From contig NC_087472.1 of NCBI RefSeq assembly GCF_036321535.1, positions 97,156,001 to 97,220,000 on the forward strand: a DNA stretch of 64,000 nucleotides, in the 5' to 3' direction. This DNA comes from Camelus dromedarius (taxonomy: Eukaryota). Numbering within the stretch: the first letter of the stretch is position 1; each line of letters starts with the position of its first letter. The translations under genes and the position numbers were made by a program. Positions 1 to 14,150 of this stretch are shown in pieces. The notes under the pieces were generated by a model. It searched no databases. It saw only the letters and a program-made list of their open reading frames with translations, and was not told the origin of the DNA.

Positions 1-2332
1 GACAGTGACCGTGACACTTCTGTTTCTCTTTCAGCCTGTATTCTTTCTCTCACTGTCACACACATACCTACGAACACACACATATTACATGTGTACGTTG
101 TTACAAGTTGGCTTCCGTTTTCTTAGGCCCATGTCTTACTGGATTAAAACACATCTTAGAAATAAAGTTCAAAATCTAATTGGTAAGGAGGAGAAAGGAC
201 ACAGTTTCCGATATTTCCCTGTCTCTTGTCTTGCCAGAGCTTCCTGTGTGATGTGAACTTGTTGGAGAATGGTCCTCATGTTCCTGCACTGGGCACTAAT
301 GATGACCTCGAAGATTATCTTGGTAGAGGTCAAATGATGAGGGGAGAGAGGCTGTCTGGCATTCTCTCTCTAAAGAGAGCTGGCAGCAAGTGATGCTGAG
401 ATTTGGGGCTGAAATTAATAGAGAAACTTGAAGAATCTTGTTCATGCCGCCTGCCCCCAATCCCATGTTAGCTGGTCTTGACACGTTTTCACTGCCCAGA
501 CTCTCTCTCTGTTGCTCTCTTGCCTCTGCGTGGCGTGAATTCAACAAGAATGAAGGTTTGCTCAATAAGACAAGGGACATTACAGAGATCACAAATGACA
601 GCCAGGGCACTACATCTCCAGCTCCAGGGAAAGGAAGACGTGCTTACCTGGTCTGGGCATAGTGTGTTCCAGGGGTTGCGGAACCCCATGCAGTCAGGGC
701 ATTTCAGAACTGCCCTTGTTTGTTAGTGAGGCAAGATGGTTGGGAGGCAGGGCCTGGATCTAGCCCGGGGTGCTGAGGCTTTTGTTTGGGTTCTGCAGTC
801 TTCACCCCTCCTCAGGGGAAATCCATTGGCCTGTCCTTGCCAGTCTCCCTCTCGTTCCTTCTTAGGACTCAATTTGTGCAGCTGTAAAAGGGAGATGAAA
901 AGGTCTGAGATCAGCCCGCTCCACAGCAGTTTGGGGAAATAAATAAAAAAAAAATCTCAAATTGACCTATTTCAATGATATATTGCTAGCTTAACACTCT
1001 TCTGAGATGTAGTAGCTTAAAAGAAAGCAACTTATTATTTCTCATGATTTAATGTGAGTATAAAATGAGTTAATGTATGCAGAACCCTGAGCCCAGTGCC
1101 AGGCACCGAGTTGGCACCCCATAAGTAGGTGTTACCCCTTATAATGCAGAGGATGACCTTGCCCATGAGAATGTCCTGAGGCTGTGTGCCATTTCCACGT
1201 TACGCAGTGGAGCAGCACAGGAGAACTTTGGGCCTGCTTGGCGCTAGGGCCTCTCCTAAAGTGTGTGGGGCCCCTGCCAAATATTTTGTGTGGGACCTCT
1301 ATCTATGTAAGCAATTCAGTGAAAAGTGGATTACAAAAATTCATGGACCCATGTGAGATATAGCAGTTTATTGATGAAGATTGGGGATAGTGGGTAGAGA
1401 TGCAGTATATACATATTTGTTTATTGTCAGATCAATACATGTGAAGATTCTTTCTCGTGTCCAGCTATAATCTCTACTTGCTCTGGTGGCTCTGGTGTAG
1501 GTACCCTCTATTAGTGTTTTTTATTGCCAGATGCACCATTCCTGGATAATATCACTTTTCCACCCCCTCCTTCCTTCATGGGAAAGAGAGAGACTCAGTA
1601 TCATGGCTCTTTGAAACCTGTTTATATTGGAACTGCAGAGATCTTACTGCCCTCCAGGTCCCTAGAACCCTTTACTTAAGGCTGACTATTTCATTACCTC
1701 TGACACTGCATCAGCCATCATATTGCCTTAGATACTGGCTTCCAGTGACTCTCTCAGATGTTGTTTACTGTACTTTGTTGATGCTGGACAGACTTATTCA
1801 AAATATGCAGGAAAGTGTGAATGATAAGTCATTTTCTGCTCATGTTAAATTTACCTTTCAGAAGTTTATAGTATAAAGGCACAAAGACAAATTGTTCAAC
1901 TGTGTGTTCTCTTGAACTCTTTAGGCCATAATCACTGCATTCCTAGAGTGATCTCTTTCAGTGTCGATTAGCATCCTGGGTGTCAGTGGTGGGGGTGGAG
2001 AGGGTAAATATGCCTGCTGCTACCCCTGTAAACCAGAGGGGGTGGTTGACACATGTACTCACACATGTGGCTCAAGCTTCTTTCTGCTCTACCTATAATT
2101 TTCCCTCTCCTCTTGAATAGACTTATTGGCTGGAAAAATGAAGAAGGTTCTTATCAATAAGTTACAGCATTGACCTGGGATGTTACTAAAGTATAGTGAG
2201 GGAGTTGGGGAGGGAGTAGTTCAAGAAACTTAAATGAAAGGGGTATGTGTTTTTCTTATTAGCATTTGACTGTATTAGGTATCTGAGGAGGAAACTGGTT
2301 TATCCAGGGACTCTGGTGGTATAGCTTCTTAG

Positions 2333-3335
2333 AAGTGGTCTCCATTGCTGAGCATGGGAAAAAAAAAATACTAGAACTCCTATTTGTATTTACATTTGGC
2401 TAAAAAAAAAGTGGGAAAAAAACCAAGAAGAAGCAAATTAAGCTTTTCTAGTATTTAGGGTTGCCAGATAAAATACAAGATGCTCAGTTAAATTTAAATT
2501 TCAGATAAACAACAATCCTTTCGTATAAGTATGTCCCAATGGGGTATACTTATACTGAAATAATTGTGTTATTTGTCTGACCAAATTTAACTAGGCAGCT
2601 GATAGTTTTATTTTCAAAATATGGCAACTCTACTAGTATTTAATATCCAGATGGACACAGATATCCACACTCAGCCTATATGTTACTTGGTTACCTCTCA
2701 TATATCCTGAAGGAAAAGAGGAGTTGACAGTGGTCCCATGACTCATGTATGTGTTTTCAGGAAGCTGCCACTTACTGAAGCTTACATGTACCTGATTAAG
2801 GGCCTTATGGATAGCATCTGTTTTCTAAACATTATTATTATTACAGATATTTAGTTAAAGGTACTAGATTTTTTACAGCAGGTATTACCAAGTTTTAAAA
2901 TGACCCTTACTTCTTCCATTTGGATCTATGTATCTCTGTGAGATCTTTCTCTTTCTCTCTTGTTTTTTCGCTGCCATAGCTTTAAAATCCAAGTTTCAAA
3001 ATAAACTGAATTTAGCACAAGACTTTTGAACTAAGCTAAATTAAAAAATAAAAAAGCATGCTTGATCATATTGCTCTCAAAATTTTCATATTTTCCCAGT
3101 AAGAGCAAAAGTGACTTTTGTACTTTTAATAAATAAAGCAAAATTCAGCACAACTTTAAATAATACTGCATTTTCATTTTTAATGCTTTTAAGATTTTAA
3201 TTTTGGGAGCATGTTTTGTAATGTGATAATATATTAGCCTAAGTACTTTATAAATAAAGGTACAGATACTTGGGGGTGTGCAAAAGTATTTTATATGGGT
3301 AGGATGCTTGATCCAAACAGTTTGGAGACCCCTGG
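2333..3335. mobile_element. hAT-Charlie-type DNA transposon remnant (Charlie4/MER113-like)
   Basis: Degenerate terminal inverted repeats (aagtggtctcca ... tttggagacccctg) and Charlie-like subterminal sequence; interrupted by MER53. Confidence 0.5.
2456..2632. mobile_element. MER53 (hAT MITE)
   Basis: TIRs tagggttgcca / tggcaactcta, palindromic body, perfect 8-bp TSD ctagtatt at 2448-2455 and 2633-2640. Confidence 0.85.
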
Positions 3336-3690
3336 CTTAAAGTACTGTTTTAGAAAGGGGTGGTGGTGGTGTGGATTTGTCTTAGTGGAAGTACCAACTC
3401 GCCTTAAGAAAAATTGTTTGTTTTTAAATTGCTATCAATAACACTATTGCGATTGGACAAACTGAAAAGTTTCACCAGATTTATATACTTTGATGCTGAA
3501 AGGAGAAAAGTTTGGAAGCCCTTTAATATCTATGTAAAATCTCCAGAAGAGTGGCCATGTTTCCTTGGGAGAGTAACTCAGAACCCTTTGTTGCAAAGAC
3601 CTGGTGGTTTACAAGAAGACTTCATTCCTTAGTTCCTGGATGCCTTGCATTCATAGGGAATTTACCCAGTGCACTGTGCTTTTATACACA

Positions 3691-3990
3691 TAAGGATACA
3701 AACTTCTAGTCATAAGATGAATCATAAGATGAGTAAGTTCTGGGGATTTAATGTATAGCATGATGATTATAGTTAACAGTACCGTACTATATACTTGAAA
3801 GTTGCTAAAAGAGTAAATCTTGTATGTTCTCATCCCTCCTCCCCAAAAGGGTAACTATGTGAGGTGATGGAGATGTTAGGTAACCTTTCTGTGGCAATCA
3901 TTTCAGAATATGTACATGTATCAACTCATCAAATTGCACACCTTAAACTTGTAGTGTTATATATCTATCTCAATAAAGCTGGGGAAAAGA
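3691..3990 (+). mobile_element. L1 (L1MA/MB-type) 3' UTR fragment
   Basis: Typical L1M 3' end (taagttctggggatttaatgtatagcatg ... ctcaataaagctggggaaaa). Confidence 0.8.
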
Positions 3991-5216
3991 AGTGGGTGGG
4001 GAAGGGCAAATCTCAATAGGGGGTGAAAACCAAGTATGATTCCAGAAAATCTCTCATGGGAGCATTTGCATTCTGGGCTCCGGGGTTCTTCTATGGAGTG
4101 GGAGGTTCTGGAGGACACAGCCCAGCCTGGCAGCTATAGAAAGAAATGATCCCAGGGGCTGTATTCATTGCTCTGGATATCAGTGGCAGGCATCCAGGAG
4201 AGGGTGACATGATTGACTGCAGTGTCCAGAGTGACGGGCATATACTCATCACAGCCAGATCCCCCACCACACGTCAGAGCTGGAGCAGCAATGCCCTCAC
4301 AACTGCAGCAAGAGAGGAGCCTCACAGCACGGGTGGCAGGAAGCTTGGCAGCCTCACGGGATGTCTGCAGACACCTTTCACTTAGGCAGTTTGGCAGTGC
4401 AGTGGTGCATGGAGACAGCATCCTGGGTTTGCTTGGGAAATATTGGCCTTGGAAGCAGACTTCTCAGGTTGGAATCTTGAGACCAAGGCTTAAAACAGGG
4501 TGGGAAGGGCCATCGCATTTCCAGAAACCCTTCCCTTTTGCTGGCCAACAGATGGTGGCTCTAAATCCGCAGTGCAGTCAGGTTAGAAAAGAAGAAAGTA
4601 TTTAGAGCGCTAGTAGAGCCATTATTTGAATAGTATGGAACATAATGGTTTCTTTGGTAACCAAGCCAGACAGACACCCACACAAAGTTAGAATGCATTG
4701 GGCTCATTTCTGTTCCCCACCCCACCCCCTAATCCAACAAGATTAAAATAGTATAAAGAGAAAAATGAGATGCAGCAGCATTTCATGCAAGAAGGGATTT
4801 GTTCCCTGTGAGAATCCATTAATGACCCATGTTTTATCTTATGGACAACTAGGCATAGCAGTTTCTAGCTGTGAAACTCTTTTTGTAGTCACTGAGACTG
4901 TTTACTCTCTGCCCAGACTTCAGCACTTATATGTAGATAGGACACTGAGAAATAGGAGACAGGGAACAACGAGAAACATTTAACCCACTCTACTCTACAC
5001 ATAGTCTTAGTGCTGACCATGCAAAGGCAGCACATAAAAGGCAAAAGAAATGAGTTTGAAAAGAAACCCTTTGTCTTTCAAGAGCAACTTCTCTTCAGCT
5101 CTATGAGTAATTTCTCTTCTAGCTGACAAAGTTCCAAATCCTCCAGATGAGGGTTTAAAGGTGTCAAATAACAGGAGTCACATGCAAAGAGTTGAAAGGG
5201 AAAGACACTCTTAGAT

Positions 5217-5400
5217 TCATGGCTCTGTCCAACAGAATTTTCTTTGATGATGGACATGCTCTAAATCTGCACTGTCCAGTGAGAAAGCCACTGACCACCT
5301 GAGGCTATTTACATTTTAATAAATTAAAGTTTAATTTAATTTAAAATGTAGTTCCTTGGTTTAAATTAAATGGCCATATGTGGCTAGTGACTACTGGATT
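5217..5400. mobile_element. MER3/MER33-like hAT MITE
   Basis: ctgtccaacagaatttt ... gccatatgtggctagtgactactg matches the MER3 family. Confidence 0.65.
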
Positions 5401-6189
5401 GGGGAGTGTTGTTAGAAATTCAGAAAGAAAGGATGATTTTCATTATTGAAAAATCACCAAATGGCAATTTTATCTTTAATGCTTCACTTTACTATTTTTT
5501 TCTGGTGTCAGCGTTGCTCATCTGGAAGTCACCCCGTGGGTTACCAGAAGCAATGTTTTACTTAACAGTTCTAATAATAATGTATCTGAGGGGCTCCGAG
5601 CACTCCACAGACATCATCTCATTAATTCCTCCAAACTCCCAGTGGGACAGGTGGAGAGTACAGATAATTATGCTTAATTTTATAAAAGAGGAAAACAAAC
5701 ACTAGTCTAAAATGTAAATTATTAGCAGTGAAGGCCCTTCTGGAATCCTACTGTTGTCTTTTTTTGCTTCCTTTGTCATTTATAGCAAGAACTTAGTGTT
5801 TTCTCATGTCAGGAAAAAACATTCCTCAAACATATTAGGATTAAGTGAAAAAAACCACCATATCCAATTATATATAGAATATTGTTTGATTAGCATTAGG
5901 CTAAAGCAGCTAAATATTTATTTCCTTCTCATTCCCACCACAAGACTTTGGATTGTACTTTACTTCTGAGTAACCAAGATAATTGGAATATGCTATTTGA
6001 CTAGAGTAGCAAACGTTCCTCAACTTTTGTTTGCCTTCCTTCATGACTCTTGCAGGGATATAATAAACTTTTTATTTTAGAAATATATTTCTTTATGCAT
6101 GGTTTTTGTGAGAGTGACCTGGAAGCATAGAGATACGCTAACCAAAGATTCATAGGAACTGATGAGCTCCATGAACCCTCTTTATTCAT

Positions 6190-6800
6190 ACCATGGATAT
6201 TTGTGAAGCCCCTAATATGAGTCAGTAAGTGTGCCTGGGACTACGTATACAAAGTGAGCAAAACCAGACAAGTTTCCAGCACTTCTGCTTAAGGAGCTGA
6301 CAAATATTAATCAAATAATCAAGATAATATATGTATAACTTCATCTACAGCAGGTGCGATGGAGGAGGGGTTACCTGGGCTTGTAACGGGTAGAGCTGAT
6401 ACTGTCAGAGAGACCAGGGATAGTTTGTCTTGAATAGGGGGCCAAGAAGTAGAGGATGAGTAGGGATCAACTAGATGAAAGACAGAATGAAGAGAGCATT
6501 CTAGTTACAAGGAACAGCACATGCAAAGTCCCTGAGTTAACGTGGAGCATGGTGAGTAGGAGGGACTGAAAGAAGGCTGTTGTTGGGGAAATACACAGAG
6601 AGAAAGTGAGTTGGGTACCTGAGAGGGTTGGAGAGATTGGCAGAAGCTAGACCAGATAGCACCTGCAGACTAGTTTAAGTAGCTATATATTGTGAGCAAT
6701 GGGTGCCATTGAAGGGTTCTTGGTGGGGGCTGCAACTCATGACTGAATTACACTTTCAGAAGATCATATTGGTTTATTGTGGTGAGTAGGGAACAGTTTG
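6190..6800 (-). mobile_element. L2 LINE fragment
   Basis: L2 3'-region motifs in reverse (ggaacagcacatgcaaagtccctgag, gcaatgggtgccattgaagggtt). Confidence 0.7.
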
Positions 6801-7409
6801 AAAAGTGATCATAACAAGAGGTAGTATGGAGCTGATTTAGAATTTTTTTTGCACCTAGATTTATTCTGAGGCTGTTGGGCAGCCTCAGAACTTGCACTTA
6901 ACCACATTCTTCATCTATTACATGAAGTCTTTGGCCTAATGGGATGCCCTTACATTTCTGATAGAGCTCATAATAGCAATGGTAGGTGGGGGAGTGAGGA
7001 GGTCCTGGCCTACTGTGTTGCAGTAAAACCTGTGACTGATGATTTTAGCATCTTAGGGTCTTTTCTTTTTCCTTCTGTGTTGCTAGTTATCTGCAGAAAA
7101 GGTAAATACCATTATTTTCTTTTTCACTTTGATGTCTTGAATCCTTCAACATAGGCTGATTTGAAAGTACAATTTCAAATTCCTGTCCTGCAGGGTTTTT
7201 GTCTTACTGTGTTTCAGACTTTTGAGACCAACTACAAATCTAATACAAGGGTTTCTGGGTTCATGCTTGAAATATGATAATTTCAGGTGATTTATATAAT
7301 AAAAAAGGAAAAATATCCTAAGGTTCTATTGTGCTTTTTTGTTTGTCTATTACAGTACCTGTTCATACTGAGTTGCATTACAGTTATTTACACACACACA
7401 CATTACGCT

Positions 7410-7715
7410 CTTTGTACAGCCTCACCTGCCTTCCCTTTCACCTCCTACTCATCCTTCAGATTTCATGTTATTATCACTTCTTCAGGGAAGGTTTCTCTAA
7501 CCTCTCTAACTAGGATGCTTCCCTATTTTGTATGCTTTTGTGGCACTGTGATCACTTATACTAACTCCTCTGCTGTTTGACTAGTGTCTGCCTGCTGGAT
7601 GGGGAGGTTGCTGGAGTCTTGGATCTTGCCCTGATTGTGCTAACCACTGGGTCCTCTGCACTAGCACAGTGCCCATCATAGAGGAGGCACTTACTCAGTG
7701 TTTGCTAATGAATGA
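7410..7715 (+). mobile_element. L2 3' end
   Basis: cacttcttcagggaaggtttctctaacc ... ctagcacagtgccca ... tttgctaatgaatga. Confidence 0.7.
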
Positions 7716-7805
7716 CTATACTTACATGAATGTCCTTGAGGTCAGGGAATTTTTACTTCCTCATTGACCTGCCTGTTTCTCCCAACAGTTGAAGAATTGA
7801 TATAA

Positions 7806-10800
7806 GCTTCCATAAGTCTTGGAAACCAGGCCCCCATCTCACCTTGGTGCATGTTGGCTCTGGCAGCTACTGCAGCCCTAGGTGGCTCCTGTGGCCCATG
7901 TGGCATTCTTGGTACCAGGCCCCCAGCTTACCCTGGCACCTGCAGATTTCAGTGGCCCCAGGCAGCTCTTGTAGCCCTGGGTTCCTGATGGGCTTTTGAA
8001 AACTCAAGCTCCTGCACAACCTCTCTGGCTTCCTGAGAACCCAGACTACCAGCTGGGTTCTGGCCCTGGCTGGTTGCCGTGGCCCAGGCAGCTCACATGC
8101 CACCAGACTCCTGGCATATCCCAGCACTAGCCAGCTCCTGTGGCCCTGGGAAGTTCCCTCAGGTTCTCAATCAGCCCCTGTGAACCTAGGATCCAGGTGG
8201 GCATCTGTGAACTCAGGCTTCTGTTCAGACTGAGCACCAGGCCTATTCCATGGACCTAGTCATCAGGCTGGTCCCTGTGTACCCATGTACCAGGCCTACC
8301 CACCTGCTGACCCAGGCACCAGATCCACCTGCCTAAAGACTTTTAGCAGCAAGCCTTCCCACCAAAATGACGAGATGGCCCACCCAGAAGCTCTGGAAGG
8401 CTGACTTGTGAAAGGCTTTGCCTGCCAAGCCAGTTTGTAAAGATTAGAAGAGTTGTTTACTTCCTCAAATGTGCAGACATCAGTGTAAGGCCATAAGGAT
8501 CGTGAATAATCGAGGAACCATGACACCATCAAAGGGAACTCTAATAAAACTCTAATGATTGGTTGTAAAGAAATAGAGAACTATGAGCTGTCTGACAAAG
8601 AATTCAGAATTACCTCTTAAAGAAATTCAGTGAACTACAAGAAGACACAGATAGACAACCAAATAATTGTAGGAAAACAACACATGACCAAATGAGAAGT
8701 TGAACAAAGAAACAGAAAACATTAAACATAACCAAACCGAAATCCTAGAGTTGAAGAAAATAGCAACTGAACTGAAGAATTCAATAGAGAGATTCACAAG
8801 CAGACTTGACCAAGCAGAAGAGACAGTTAGTGAACTTGAAGACAGGTCATTTGAAATCATTCAGCAGATAAGCAAAATGAAAAAAAGTAAAGGTAGTCTA
8901 TGTGAATTAAGGGACACTATTAAAAGAAACAATCCATGCATCATTGGAGTCCCAGAAGGAGAAGAGAGGGAGAAAGGAGCAAAAAGCTTATTTAATATAA
9001 TGGCTGAGAACTTTTTAAATATGGGGAGAGATTTCAACATTCAATTTCATGAAGCTAATAAGTCACCCCAAAATTTCAACCCAAAATGATCTTCTCCAAG
9101 ATACATTATAATAAAACTATCTAAACTCAGACAAATAGAGAATTTTTAAAGAAGCAAGAGACAAAAAAAAAACAAAAACAAAAAACAAAACCTCTCATAT
9201 AAGGGAACCCCCATAAGTTTATCAGTGGATTTCTCAGCAGAACCTTACAGTCCAAGAGAGAAGAGGATGATAAATTCAAAGTGCTGAAAGAAAAAAACTA
9301 CCAATCAAGAATAGTTCATGCTGCAAAGTTGTCTTTCAAGAATGAAGGAGAGATAAAGACTTCCCCAAACAAGCAAAAGCTAAGGGATTTTATCACCACT
9401 AGAGCTGCCTTACAAGAAATGCTGAAAGGAATTCTTCAAGCTAAAATGAAAGGACACTAATTAGTAACATGAAAACATATGAAAATATAAAACATGCTGG
9501 TAAAGGTAAGTATATAGTCAAATTCAGAATACTTGAGTAATGTAATATGGTGGTATGTTAATCACTTAACTGTAGCATAAATGTTTAATGGACAAAAGAA
9601 TTCAAAATAATTTCAGCTACAATAATTTGTTAATGGATATACAATATAAGAAGAGGTAAAATTATGACATCAAAAGCATGTAATATGGAGAGTAGTGAAA
9701 GGGTAGAGTTTTTCTATGCAAGTAAAGTTGTTTTTATCAGTTTAAAACAGAATGTTGTATCTAAAAGATTTTTTTTGCAAGCTTCATGGTAACCACAAAG
9801 CAAAACCCCACAGTAGACACATGAAAGATAAAGAGAAGAAAGTCAAAGCATACTAGTATGGAAAATCATCAGTTTACAAAGAAGTCAGCAAAAGAGGAAG
9901 AAAGGAACAAGGAAACTATAAAAGAGCCAGAAAATAACTAATAAGATACCATTAGCAAGTTCTTTTTTTTATTAATAATTACTTTAAATGTAGATGGATA
10001 AAGTTCTCTGATTAAAAGGTATAGAGTGGCTGACTATAATAAAAAAAAAGACCCAACTATATTCTGCCTTCGAAAGACTCACTACAGCTTTAAGGACACA
10101 CATAGGCTCACAGTAAAGGGATGGAAAAAGATATTCATGCTAAAAAACAAAATAGAGCAGGGGTAACTATACATCACTTTAATAGAATGAAAGATAAAAA
10201 TCATATGATCATCTCAATAGATGCAGAAAAAGCATTTGACAAAAGTTAATATTCTTTCATGATATTATCTCCAAACAAACTGGGTATAGAAGGAACATAC
10301 CACAACATAATAAAGCAAAGCCCAAAACTGACATCATACTCAGTGGTGAAATGTTGGAAACTTTTCCTCTAAGATCAGGAACAAAACAAAGTTGCTTGCT
10401 CTTACCACTCCTATTCAACATAGTACTGGAAGTCCTAATCAGAGCAATCAGGCAAGAAAAAGAAATCAAAGGCATCCAAATCAGAAAGGAAGAAGTAAAA
10501 TTGTTTCTGATTGTGGATGATATGATCTTATATATATAGCAAGCCCTAAAGACTCCACCAAAAAACCTATGGAATTAATTAAAGAATTCAGGAAAGCCGT
10601 AGGAGACAAAATTAACATAAAATCAATTGTTTTTCTATTTAGTAACAATAAACTGTGTGAAAAAGAATTAAAGAAAACAATCCCATTTATGATATCATCA
10701 AAAATAATAAAACACTTAGGAATAAATTTAACCAAGAATTTAATCAAAAGATCTGTATAGGGAAAGTTACAAGAAATTGATGAAAGAAATTGAAGACACA

Positions 10801-12616
10801 AATAAATAGAACAATATCCTGTGTTCATGGATCAAAAAAAATGATGTTGTTATTATGTCCGTACCACTGCAAACCATCTATAGATTCAAACAATCCCTAT
10901 CAGAATTCCAATGGCATTTTTCACAGAAATAGAACAAACAACCCTAACATTTGTATGGAACTGTAAAAGACCCTGAATAGCCAAAGAAATCCTGAGAAGG
11001 AACAAAACTGAAGGCACTACACTTCCTAATTTCAAACTTTATTACAAAGCTATAGTAATCAAAACTTTATGGTACCAGTATAAAAACAAGCACGTAGATC
11101 AGTGGAACAGAACAGAGAGGCAGAAACAAACCCACATATGTACAGTCAACTGTTTTCTGACAAGGGTGCCAAGAGCACACAATGGGGAAAGGATGGTTTC
11201 TTCAGTAACTATTGAAGTTACTGTGGTGTGGGGAAACTCAATATTCACTTGCAAAATAGTGAAATTGGATCCCTATTTTTACACCACTCACAAAAATTAA
11301 CTAGAAGTGGATTATACCCTTAATGTAAGACCCATATCTATAAAACTACTAGAGGAAAACATAGGGGAAAAGCTCCTTGACATTGGTCTTGGCAATGATT
11401 TTTTGATTATGACACCTCAAGTGCAAGCAATAAATGTAAAAATAAAGTGGGACTACATAAAACTAAAAAATTTTTGCACACTGAAGGAAACAATCAGCAA
11501 AATGAAAAGTCAGTCTACAGAATGCGAGAAAATAATTTTCAAACCTTCAGTCTGATAAGGAGTTAATATCCAACTTATGTAAGGAACTCATACAACTCAG
11601 TAGTGAAAAAACGAAGCCATCTGATTTAAAAATGGGCAAAAGATTTGAATAGACATTTTTCCAAGGAAGACATACAAGTGGCCAACAGGTACATGAAAAG
11701 ATGCTCAACATCATTAATCATCAGGGAAATGCCATTCAATAGCACAATGAGATACCACCTCACATCTGTTAGAATGGCTATTATCAAAAAAACAAGAGAT
11801 GAGAAGTGTTGGTAAGGCTGTGGAGAAAAGCAAACCTTTGTACACTGTTGGTGGGACTATAAATTGGTGCAGCGACTATGAAAGCAGTATGGAGGTTCCT
11901 CAAAAAATTAAAAATAGAGCTACCATATGATCCAGTAATCCCACTTCTGGGTATATATTCAAAGGAAATGAAATCAACATTTTGAAGATTTATCTGTACC
12001 CCCATATTTGTTGCAGCATTAATCACAATAGTCAAGACATGGAAACAACCTAGGTGTCCATCAATGGATGAATGGATAAAGAAACTGTGGTATATATTTA
12101 TAACAAAATGCTATTCAGCCATAAAAAGGAAGGAAATCCTGCCATTTGGGACAGTAGGGATGGACCTTGAGGGCATTATGCTAAGTGAAATAAGACAGAC
12201 AAAAAAAAAGACAACATTATGTTCTCACCTATATGTAGAGTCTAAAAAAGCTGAATTCATAAAAATAGAGAGTAGAGTGGTGATTGCCAGGGACTTGGGA
12301 GTTGGGGAAATGGGGAGATAGTGGTCAAAGGGTACAAACTGCAACTTTAAGTTGAATAAGTTTTGGAGATCTAATGTACAGTATATGATGATTATAATTA
12401 ATAATACTGTATCATTTATATTCTTGAAAGTTGTGAAGACAGTAGATCTTAAATGTTATCACCACAGTAAAATGGTAATTATACTGCAGTGATGGAGGTG
12501 CTAACTAACCTTACTGTGGTAAACATTTCACAATATATATGTGTATCAAATCATTGCACAGTATACCTTAAACTACATATGTTATATGTAAATAACATCT
12601 CAATAAAGCCGCAAAA
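7806..12616 (+). mobile_element. Near-full-length old L1 (L1MA9-like) with a large internal ORF2 deletion
   Basis: GC-rich 5' region 7830-8330, decayed ORF1, ORF2 pieces ([33 protein letters not shown]), 3' UTR and A tail; TSD aagaattgat(a/t)taa at 7792-7805 and 12617-12630. Confidence 0.92.
8500..9460 (+). pseudogene. L1 ORF1 (decayed)
   Basis: ORF 8700-9089 has the ORF1p coiled coil and RNNPCIIGVPEGEE...MAENF motifs; stops and frameshifts on either side. Confidence 0.85.
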
Positions 12617-12779
12617 AAGAATTGATTTAAAACCTGTATTATTGATTTCAGCTATCTCACATGTAATTTTCAGCAGAGATGCCAATATCCAAGTGGGTAT
12701 AGCTTGCCATTTATTATAAATATATTATAGTCCATCTAAAAGGGGAACAAGATACTGAACAACATAAAATATACAGGAA

Positions 12780-13020
12780 TATAGTGAAATCCTTAAAAGC
12801 CTGGATTCTGAAGCTAAACTATTAGGATTCAAATCACAGTTCTGGTGCTTACTAGCTGCATGGTCATGTGCAAGTTACTTAACCTCTCTGTGCCTTAGTT
12901 TCCTTATTTGTAAAATGGAGATAATGATTTCTGCCTCAAATAATGCTATGAGTTGTAAATGAGTACATTTATGTAAATCATTTACAGTGATGCCTTGCAT
13001 AAGTGTTAGCTGTTGTTATT
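12780..13020 (+). mobile_element. MIR SINE
   Basis: MIR core gcaagttacttaacctctctgtgccttagtttccttatttgtaaaatggagataat. Confidence 0.85.
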
Positions 13021-13449
13021 ATGTGACTGTTATTAGGGAAAAAAAGACTGGCTATGTCATGTTCTTTAGGCCATAGAGCAAAAATGTTCCAGTTCCTCCA
13101 TGGCTCCATTTGTTTTTTTTTTAAGTTGAAAATGAGGAGCTCTACAGTGTTCTCAGTTTATCCCTTTTCTCAATACACTGATTTGATTTTTTTCAGTTCC
13201 CACATTTTAATATCATGCACATGGTAATGGAATTGTATTGTTTTTCCCACCAAAGTTTACTGCAAATGCTGGGAAGTCAGTGATAACTGAGGATACTGAG
13301 ATGACACTGATAGTATCAAATTATTTGGGAAGTTTTAAAAAAAGGGTGTGGGTGGGCCCCACGGCTGCTGAATTAGGTTCCTCAGGGGAAGTGAATGGGT
13401 ATGTATGTGTGTTTGGGGGCATGTGGAAACCACTGGGCTAGGGGCAACA

Positions 13450-14150
13450 GGTCTATGTATGTGTATTTTAAACTTTGTACTGGAGGATAATCTATATATA
13501 TGTACATAGAAAGGCACATATGCATCATAAGTGTACAGACTGAATTTTCATGAGTGAACACACCCAAGTAACCAACACCCAGCTCAGTGGTAGAGTGCAT
13601 GCCTGTCCTGCATGAAGTCATGGATTCAATCCACAGTACCCCCATTAAAAATAAATAAACCTAATTACCTCCCCCTCAACAAAATTTAAATAAATAAATA
13701 AGTAGAAATAAATAAAATTTAAAAAAGAAGCAGAACATAACCAGCAGCCCAGGAGCCCTTTCCAATCACTAATCCACCGACTTTAAACTCTGTCCAGACT
13801 TCTAACACCATAGATTAGTTTTGCGTGTTTTGTTTATTTCAAGTCATACAGTACATACTCCTGTATCTGGCTTTTATCTTCAATATCATGTATGTGTGAT
13901 TCCTCCATACTGTTGTGTATAGTTGTATATCATTCATTCACATGATGTATATTACTTTATTGTGTGAAAAGATATTTCCCCTTCTATTGTTGAGGGACAT
14001 TTGGGTAGCTTCCCAGTTAGGGGCTCCTAGGTGCTGCTGTGAGCATCCTAATACATATTTTAGTGCACATATGTGTGTCTATTTGTTGGACCTATGCCTA
14101 AAAGTGGAATTGCTGGATTGTAAGGTATGTGGATATTCAGCTTTAGCAGA
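13450..14150 (-). mobile_element. Old L1 (L1MC/ME) 3' region
   Basis: Reverse L1M 3' motifs (acttctaacaccatagattagttttg, aaaagtggaattgctggattgtaagg); interrupted by a SINE. Confidence 0.7.
13580..13725 (+). mobile_element. Vic-1-like camelid tRNA-derived SINE (5'-truncated)
   Basis: agctcagtggtagagtgcatgc ... ggattcaatcc (A/B boxes) followed by aaataaataaacctaattacctcccc and an A-rich tail. Confidence 0.8.

Noticed and set aside
4134..4605. GC-rich overlapping ORFs on both strands (e.g. EYMPVTLDTAVNHVTLSWMP), considered as an exon, a retrocopy or a bornaviral N remnant
   Set aside because: No recognisable protein family, no convincing splice sites, poly(A) or TSD; the resemblance to N (EY...D) had inconsistent spacing.
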